From the NCBI GenBank assembly GCA_018817585.1, contig JAHITE010000048.1, positions 2,100-66,099 of the forward strand: 64,000 bases of DNA, given 5' to 3'. The position numbers and the translations under genes are program-made. This DNA comes from Candidatus Omnitrophota bacterium (lineage in GTDB: Bacteria; Omnitrophota; Gorgyraeia; B26-G9). Positions 57,793 through 64,000 of the stretch are shown piece by piece (within the stretch, counting starts at the first letter, position 1; the number at the start of each line of letters is the position of its first letter). The notes beneath the pieces were generated by a model. The model saw only the letters and a list, made by a program, of their open reading frames with translations, had not been told where the DNA came from and did not search any database.

Positions 57793-58562
57793 TACAGATT
57801 TTTTCTTTTAAAGACAATGATTGTCAGCCAGATTATTAGTGCTGTGTAGATAACTGTGTAAATCGAAATTGAAGTCATAACCCAAAGGGGTAATGGTTCC
57901 CAAAGATGAATCAAACGGATACGGATATCAAAAAACTCAAAGTGCGGCAGGAGATAGTATAAGAGATTATAAACATAAGCGATTTTTTCAGTAGACACAG
58001 TGATTAGTTTTCTTAGGGTTTCATTGTACCAAAACATGAAAAAATACAAAAGAAATGTAATGGCAATATTGGCTGAGATTGTGAAAAATAAGGAAAACAG
58101 CATAGCAAAGCCGGCAAGCAGGCTGAGCAAGAGGATTGATAATATGTAGTATTGTCCAAGTAATATTAAGCTGGCGGCTTCGCCTTTGCTGAAAATAAAA
58201 CCAAGATATAAACCATAGAAAGCCGTAAAAGAAATAAGCAAAATAAATAAGCTGCCGACAAATTTTCCCAATACAAACTGGGTTCTGGCGACAGGTTTTG
58301 CCAGTAAGGGATAAATGGTTTTAGTTTCTATTTCCGCCGGGATTTGTTTTGCGGAAAAAGTAATCGTAATGATCATCGAAAAAAGCCCGACCAGAGACAG
58401 TCCAATATCTTTTAAATAACGGGAGATATCTTTAATCCCGAAAAAAGATTCACTGTAAAAAAAACCCGCTAATCCCAGAAAAAGGATAATCAGGATATAA
58501 AAATCTTTTTTCCTGAGCAGTTCTTTTATTGTATGTCGCGCTAAAATTAAAATTTTACTCAT
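57792..58562 (-). CDS. ABC-2 type permease
   Basis: EIE.KTIY.LLAKP..R..F.LGKF; C-terminal F.RK.L. Confidence 0.88.
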   Translation of the reverse strand: MSKILILARHTIKELLRKKDFYILIILFLGLAGFFYSESFFGIKDISRYLKDIGLSLVGLFSMIITITFSAKQIPAEIETKTIYPLLAKPVARTQFVLGKFVGSLFILLISFTAFYGLYLGFIFSKGEAASLILLGQYYILSILLLSLLAGFAMLFSLFFTISANIAITFLLYFFMFWYNETLRKLITVSTEKIAYVYNLLYYLLPHFEFFDIRIRLIHLWEPLPLWVMTSISIYTVIYTALIIWLTIIVFKRKNL

Positions 58563-59292
58563 TTTTCACCAAATCAAAGAAATATTGTTCCAGGTTAATT
58601 GCTTTGCCTTTTTCATTCATGATTTCATGGGGCTTTGTTTCTTTTAGGATTTTACCTTCTTTTAAGATAATCACTTTGTCCGAGATTATCTCGGCTTCGG
58701 AAAGTTCATGCGAAGAAAAGAAAATGGTTTTTCCTTTGGTTTTTAGATCGAGTAAAATATTGCGCATATTCATTCGGGCAATTGGATCAAACCCTGATGT
58801 TGGCTCATCGAGAATAAGCAATTGCGGATCATTTATTAAACATTGAGCAAAACTTACTTTCTGCAGCATGCCTTTAGAAAATGTTTTCATTAATTTATTT
58901 TTATTTTCTCCTAAGTCGACAAGCTCAAGCAGATAATCTATGCGCGGCAGAAAAATCGCGGGTTTAATTTTGAATAATTTAGCGTAGAAAACCAGCAGTT
59001 CTTTAGGGGTTAAGTACCAATAGTAATTCGCGGTTTCCGGCATATAGCCGATTGCCTGATGGGTAAGAGCGTCAGTTGGTTTTTTTTCAAAAAGCATAAT
59101 AGTGCCGCTACGCGGGGAAAGTAATCCGAGCATGGTTTTGATCAAAGTTGTTTTGCCTGCGCCGTTTGGCCCAAGAAAACCGCAGATTTGACCTTTACTG
59201 AGGCTTAGGTTGATATTCCGCAGAGCTTTTTTCTGCTGTAATCCTTTGCCGTAAAAAAGATTTAAATTGATTATTTCAATAATATTTTTCAT
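58555..59292 (-). CDS. ABC transporter ATP-binding protein
   Basis: GPNGAGKTT, FSKGM, LDEPTSG, SSH. Confidence 0.93.
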   Translation of the reverse strand: MKNIIEIINLNLFYGKGLQQKKALRNINLSLSKGQICGFLGPNGAGKTTLIKTMLGLLSPRSGTIMLFEKKPTDALTHQAIGYMPETANYYWYLTPKELLVFYAKLFKIKPAIFLPRIDYLLELVDLGENKNKLMKTFSKGMLQKVSFAQCLINDPQLLILDEPTSGFDPIARMNMRNILLDLKTKGKTIFFSSHELSEAEIISDKVIILKEGKILKETKPHEIMNEKGKAINLEQYFFDLVKNE

Positions 59293-59429
59293 GATTAATC
59301 AAGTTTAACATATGCGTTTTTAGACTTCAAGTATAATTAAAATAGACAGCTATTGCTGATTTTTAAGATAAAATATATTGCCAGAGGTTTTGCTTTGATA
59401 TACCATATGACGTACAAGAAAAACTAGAA

Positions 59430-59684
59430 GCTCATAGCTGATGGTCGATGGCTAATGGTAAAAACTAAAAACCCGTAATTAATAACTCATAATTTATAAC
59501 TATAAACTATACAGGGCTAGAATAATTATTTTAGCGGGTTTGAAGCCTGATTTTGATAGGACTGGCAAAATCAGAGATTCATACTCGGAGCATTACAGGA
59601 TGTAAGGCGAGAATGAGCAGAAATAATTGATTCTAGACCGCCACACAGGTTATAAGACACAAGGACAGAAAACAGAAGATACAT
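59430..59684. repeat. Heptamer arrays surrounding a structured palindromic element
   Basis: GCTCATA GCTGATG GTCGATG GCTAATG GTAAAAA; AATTAAT AACTCAT AATTTAT AACTATA x2; IR element 59517-59636; ACACAGG..ACACAAG GACAGAA AACAGAA. Confidence 0.75.
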
Positions 59685-59693
59685 AACTAATCA

Positions 59694-60857
59694 ATGGAGA
59701 AAATAGTGGAAATATTTAAAAAAGGGGTATTTTTAATTACTTGCGGCAGAGGGATAATGCCTTTTCTGCATAGAGAAGTTAAGCAGTTGGGCTATGATGT
59801 TTTGTCTTCTCATGAAACAGGCTTAGAAATTGAAGCAGAATATGAGGAATGCTATAAATTGAATCTTTGTCTGCGCACAGCGATGCATATAATGTATTTG
59901 CTTAAGAAATTTGCTTGTACCAGCCCGGATGAGCTGTATAAAGCAGTAGCCTCTGTGCCCTGGGAACATATTATCAGCCCAACAGAGTATGTCAGTGTGG
60001 TCTCTGTGGCTGATACAAAGCATTTAAAAAATTCGATGTTTGCCAGTCAAAGAGTAAAAGACGCGATTGTTGATCGGATCATGAGTAAGTGCGATAGCCG
60101 TCCGGATGCCGGACCGCAAAGAGATAATGTGGTAGTTAATTTGTTTTGGAAAAATAACCGCTGCTGGCTGTATGTGGATACATCGGGTAATAAACTTTCT
60201 GATCGGACATACCGCAAGCTTCCTTATATTGCTCCTTTGCAGGAAACTCTGGCCGCGGCATTACTATTGGCCGCGGATTATGACGGGACAAAGGCTTTAG
60301 TCAATCCGATGTGCGGCAGCGGAACCTTGGCAATTGAAGCAGCCTTGATCGCGCTTAATCGCGCGCCCGGACTGTTAAGAGTTAATTACGGGCTAATGCA
60401 TTTAATGAATTTTAATTCTGAAAATTGGCAGGCAACGCGCAAACAAATAAAAAAAAGCGGAAAACAGCAACTCGCGGCAAAAATTATTGCTTCGGATATT
60501 TCTCCGCAGGCAGTGGATATTGCCAGAAAAAACGCGCAAACCGCGGGAGTTGATCATTTGATTGAATTTCATGCTTGCGATTTTAGCCAAACTCCGATGC
60601 CTAAGCCGGGTGGGATTGTGATCATGAATCCTGAGTATGGGGTGAGAATGGGCCAGGAGATTCAGCTGAGAAAAACCTATAAAGATATTGGCAGTTTTCT
60701 CCAGACAAAATGCAAAGGATATAAAGCCTATGTTTTTACCGGTAATATGCGTTTAGCTGAGCAGATCCCTTTACAGCCAGTAAGCGAAAAACCTTTTTCC
60801 AATGCGCGAATTGACTGTAAGTTATTTGAGTATGATTTGGCGAATGAATATGATTGA
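59694..60857 (+). CDS. rlmL: THUMP-domain RNA methyltransferase (RlmL-like)
   Basis: KDAIVD, DTSG..L..R.YR, APLQETLAA, PMCGSGTLAIEA, NPEYG.R. Confidence 0.85.
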   Translation: MEKIVEIFKKGVFLITCGRGIMPFLHREVKQLGYDVLSSHETGLEIEAEYEECYKLNLCLRTAMHIMYLLKKFACTSPDELYKAVASVPWEHIISPTEYVSVVSVADTKHLKNSMFASQRVKDAIVDRIMSKCDSRPDAGPQRDNVVVNLFWKNNRCWLYVDTSGNKLSDRTYRKLPYIAPLQETLAAALLLAADYDGTKALVNPMCGSGTLAIEAALIALNRAPGLLRVNYGLMHLMNFNSENWQATRKQIKKSGKQQLAAKIIASDISPQAVDIARKNAQTAGVDHLIEFHACDFSQTPMPKPGGIVIMNPEYGVRMGQEIQLRKTYKDIGSFLQTKCKGYKAYVFTGNMRLAEQIPLQPVSEKPFSNARIDCKLFEYDLANEYD

Positions 60858-60920
60858 ATCTATAGCTCATGGCAAAAAGCAAAAAACTATTAGCTATCGA
60901 CCATTAGCCATTGACTATTC
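60858..60920. repeat. Heptamer array with head-to-head arms
   Basis: ATCTATA GCTCATG GCAAAAA x2, then reverse-strand units ACTATTA GCTATCG ACCATTA GCCATTG ACTATTC. Confidence 0.8.
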
Positions 60921-61360
60921 TATGAAATAATTTCCACCAGCTCTAATTCAAAAATTAAATCTTCTCCAGCCAAAGGATGATTTCCATCCACAGTCACATC
61001 TTTTTCAGTCAGCGCGGTAATAACAACAGGAATTTTTTGGTTATTTTCATTGTGAATGCCTAGTCTCTGACCGATTTTAGGTTCTAAATCTTTGGGTAAA
61101 TGCCCGCGAGCGACTACGGCGATAAGATCCTCATTTCTAGGACCATAGGCCTTGTCGCAGGGGATGGTTATGGTTTTGGTTTGTCCGATTTTCATGCCCA
61201 GAGTGCCTTCTTCAAATCCGGCAATTACCTGTCCTGAGCCAAGGATAAACTCAAAAGGATCTCTTGAGCGCGATGAATCAAACACGCTGTTATTTTTCAG
61301 TTTACCTGTATAGTGGATCTTTACTGTATCGCCTTGTTTTGCTTGACTCATGCTCTGCAT
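60920..61360 (-). CDS. slyD: FKBP-type PPIase (SlyD-like, no His-rich tail)
   Basis: GDTVKIHYTG, FDSS, GFEEG..GM, AYG, DGNHPLAG. Confidence 0.9.
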   Translation of the reverse strand: MQSMSQAKQGDTVKIHYTGKLKNNSVFDSSRSRDPFEFILGSGQVIAGFEEGTLGMKIGQTKTITIPCDKAYGPRNEDLIAVVARGHLPKDLEPKIGQRLGIHNENNQKIPVVITALTEKDVTVDGNHPLAGEDLIFELELVEIIS

Positions 61361-61460
61361 CCTTTCTGATTATCATGGTTAGATTATGTTGAATTTTGCT
61401 TTTTTTAAATTAACTTGTTTGGCAGGATATGTCAAGGGGAAATCATAAAAAGCATGATTG

Positions 61461-61504
61461 GCTGATGGTCAATAGTCGATAGCTAATGGTCAAAAGAAAA
61501 AAAG
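61461..61504. repeat. Heptamer array
   Basis: GCTGATG GTCAATA GTCGATA GCTAATG GTCAAAA GAAAAAA. Confidence 0.8.
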
Positions 61505-61567
61505 CAAGTGTGCAAAGTTAACTTTGTGAAAGATGATTGGAAAATTTTTAAGCTTTCATAAATTTAG

Positions 61568-61700
61568 GTAAATACGTGTCGGATTTTTGGGAACCCTTTA
61601 GGGCACGAGGACCTGTCTGAGCCCTTGCAATTTAAGAAAGGCGGCACGCCAACTTTTAAGGGCGAGGTCCGCAAGTGCCGAAAATACGGCGCGGATTTAT
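61568..61700. other. Long imperfect GC-rich hairpin (REP/MITE-like or ncRNA)
   Basis: Nested pairings AAATACGTGTCGGATTTT/AAAATACGGCGCGGATTT, GGCAC/GTGCC, GGACCT/AGGTCC, GCCCTT/AAGGGC. Confidence 0.6.
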
Positions 61701-61857
61701 TGATCTTGCTGTTTTATAGCAAGAAAATTTATGACTGGCGTAAAATTTGCTGATCATCTTGAGTTATTGAGTAAAGCGATAGGAAATGTCACAAAGTAGG
61801 GTTTGGCCCGTAATAATGTACTTGAAAAGATCCAGGATTAAACGTATGATGTGGGTT

Positions 61858-62070
61858 ATGAATTTCGATAACGAATATCTTATAAAATTAGCTAAGACGC
61901 GCATGCCGTTTGGTAAATATAAAGGCAGGCTGCTGATTGATTTGCCGGAAGACTATGTTATGTGGCTTAGCCGTAAGGGGTTTGTTAATGATAGTCTGGG
62001 TAAAATGCTGGCAACGATGTATGAAATCCAGCTCAATGGATTAGATGATTTATTAAAACCGCTGCGCTAG
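61858..62070 (+). CDS. DUF3820 family protein
   Basis: MPFGKYKGR.LIDLPE.Y..W...GF....LG..L....EI..NGL..L.KPL. Confidence 0.88.
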   Translation: MNFDNEYLIKLAKTRMPFGKYKGRLLIDLPEDYVMWLSRKGFVNDSLGKMLATMYEIQLNGLDDLLKPLR

Positions 62071-62204
62071 ATAGCCGCACGATTGTTTGCTTGCCTAGAC
62101 GGATAAACTAAGATTATTTGTTTTTTAGCTTTACAAAAGTATTAAGTTTGTGTAAACTTTTATCTTTGTTCTAAGAATCAAGTTATTAATTAAAGGAAAG
62201 AAAA

Positions 62205-63821
62205 ATGATTTCAGCAAATGGCGTATCACTTAACTTTGGAGCGCAAAAGCTTTTCTCAGATGTGAGTATTGTATTTTCACCCGGGAATTGTTATGGTTTG
62301 ATTGGAGCGAATGGTTCGGGAAAATCTACATTTTTAAAAATTCTTTCCGGAGAAATCGAACCGTCAAAAGGCGAGGTATCAACTCCTAAAGGTAAGCGGA
62401 TTTCCAGTCTTAAGCAGGATCAGTTTGCTTTTGATGAATATACAGTATTAATGACCGTGATTATGGGGCATAAAAAGCTTTATGATATTATGCTCAAAAA
62501 AGACGCGGTGTACGCTAAAGAGGATTTTTCTGACGCGGATGGGGTTTTAGCTTCTGAGCTGGAAGCGCAATTCGCTGATCTTGACGGCTGGAACGCGGAA
62601 TCAGACGCGGCCAAGCTATTAAGTGATCTGGGGATTGCTGAGGGTTTGCATGAAAAACAAATGAAGCAGTTGGAATCAGGGGAGAAAGTCCGGGTTTTGC
62701 TTGCCCAGGCTTTATTTGGTAATCCGGACATATTATTGCTGGATGAACCGACAAACCATTTGGATGTTTCTACCTGTATGTGGCTGGAAGAGTTTTTGCT
62801 GGATTTTCAGAATACCGCGATTGTGGTTTCTCATGACCGGCATTTTTTAAATAAAGTTTGCACGCATACCGCGGATATTGATTTTGGCAAAATTCAGCTT
62901 TACGCGGGAAATTATAGTTTTTGGCGTGAATCCAGTCAAATTGCTTTAAAGCTGCGCAGTGACGCGAATAAAAAAACCGAGGAAAAGCGTAAAGAAATGC
63001 AGGAGTTTATTGCCCGGTTTAGCGCCAATGCTTCTAAGTCCAGGCAGGCAACCAGCCGAAAAAAAGCTTTGGAAAAACTTACCTTAGAAGATATTAAGCC
63101 GTCTTCCCGCAAATATCCGTATATTAATTTTGAGCAGCAGAAGCCGGCAGGTAATGAAATTATAAACATCGAAAATTTATCCACACAGCTGGATGGGCAG
63201 ATTATGTTTTCCGGGCTAAATATCCGGATTGAGCCAGGAGATAAAATCGCTTTTGTTGGTTCGAACAATCTGGCAAAAACAACTTTATTTAAAATTCTCG
63301 CCGGGGAACATGAATCCTATGAAGGAAACTTTAAATGGGGAGCTTCCGTAATTAAAGCGTATTATCCTAAAGATAATACCGAGTATTTTACCCGGGATAT
63401 GAATATCATTGATTGGCTGCGCCAATATTCCCCGCAAACTGATGAGAATTTCGTGCGCGGCTTTTTAGGCCGCATGCTGTTTACAGGTGATGATTCGCTT
63501 AAGTCAGTAATGGTTTTATCCGGAGGAGAAAAAGTCAGATGTATGTTATCAAGAATGATGCTTACGCAGGGCAATGTGCTGATTTTAGATGAACCAACTA
63601 ACCATCTTGACCTTGAATCAATTACTGCTTTAAACCGCGGCATGGAAAAATATCCGGGCACAGTTCTTTTTTCATCGCATGACCATCAGCTGGTGCAGAC
63701 AGTAGCCAACCGGATTATCGAATTTACGCCCAAAGGATATATTGACCGGATGAATACAACCTTTGACGAGTATTTAGCGGATGAAAATATTAAGCCGCGG
63801 AGAAAACAATTGTACGCGTAA
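62205..63821 (+). CDS. ABC-F family ATPase (YbiT/YkpA-like)
   Basis: Two NBDs (GANGSGKST, LDEPTNHLD x2) and linker ARFSANASKS.QATSRKK; no TM segment. Confidence 0.93.
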   Translation: MISANGVSLNFGAQKLFSDVSIVFSPGNCYGLIGANGSGKSTFLKILSGEIEPSKGEVSTPKGKRISSLKQDQFAFDEYTVLMTVIMGHKKLYDIMLKKDAVYAKEDFSDADGVLASELEAQFADLDGWNAESDAAKLLSDLGIAEGLHEKQMKQLESGEKVRVLLAQALFGNPDILLLDEPTNHLDVSTCMWLEEFLLDFQNTAIVVSHDRHFLNKVCTHTADIDFGKIQLYAGNYSFWRESSQIALKLRSDANKKTEEKRKEMQEFIARFSANASKSRQATSRKKALEKLTLEDIKPSSRKYPYINFEQQKPAGNEIINIENLSTQLDGQIMFSGLNIRIEPGDKIAFVGSNNLAKTTLFKILAGEHESYEGNFKWGASVIKAYYPKDNTEYFTRDMNIIDWLRQYSPQTDENFVRGFLGRMLFTGDDSLKSVMVLSGGEKVRCMLSRMMLTQGNVLILDEPTNHLDLESITALNRGMEKYPGTVLFSSHDHQLVQTVANRIIEFTPKGYIDRMNTTFDEYLADENIKPRRKQLYA

Positions 63822-63876
63822 TTCCGAGTGAAGTTTTCGCTGAAAAAAATTATTAATAAATATTTTAACAAATAGC

Positions 63877-63994
63877 TTGCAAATAAGTTTGGGATAAGAT
63901 ATACTCTATTTTGTAGTAAATGAGGTAGTAGAAATCTTGACCGTAAGGAGAGACAATTACCTTACGGTTTTTTTACGTAGCATTATTTACTATA
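63877..63994 (+). promoter_or_regulatory. Promoter followed by structured 5' leader for a gene beyond the window
   Basis: TTGCAA-17-TATACT; ACCGTAAGG/CCTTACGGT + T run, nested in TAGTAAAT/ATTTACTA. Confidence 0.55.
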
Positions 63995-64000
63995 GTTCAG

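Noticed and set aside
417-63871. Numerous antisense or overlapping ORFs in the six-frame track (e.g. 1239-1781, 21716-22153, 40832-41221, 62936-63268)
   Set aside because: Shadows of well-supported genes, with no recognisable motifs or RBS.

Overview
AT-rich bacterial chromosomal segment with about 65 CDS, almost all on the + strand. The genes point to an anaerobic diderm (TolC, AsmA, DUF481, [FeFe]-hydrogenase); the style is reminiscent of uncultured lineages such as Omnitrophota, but that is inference only. Housekeeping and signalling blocks include a hybrid kinase with three receivers, glgP, mutS-mutL, def, a MacAB-TolC-type exporter, an Hsp20 cluster with CIRCE, a CoA-disulfide reductase, an ars-like operon, RlmL, FKBP and ABC-F. 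The most notable items: (1) a Rex-controlled HndABCD-type [FeFe]-hydrogenase operon containing a membrane sensor kinase, with the NuoE-like subunit fused to a phospho-receiver domain; (2) an integrase-less integron cassette array at about 13.7-16.25 kb, with two attC sites, toxin-antitoxin cassettes, a RAYT remnant joined at its REP hairpin to an internal group II intron RT fragment, and 37-bp direct repeats at both ends; (3) a dispersed family of degenerate 7-bp-period intergenic repeat arrays; (4) an Hsp20 with a signal peptide, a deformylase lacking a metal ligand, several structured non-coding elements and unannotated small ORFs. No rRNA, tRNA or CRISPR array was seen. All family calls come from motif recognition by eye, not from database searches.
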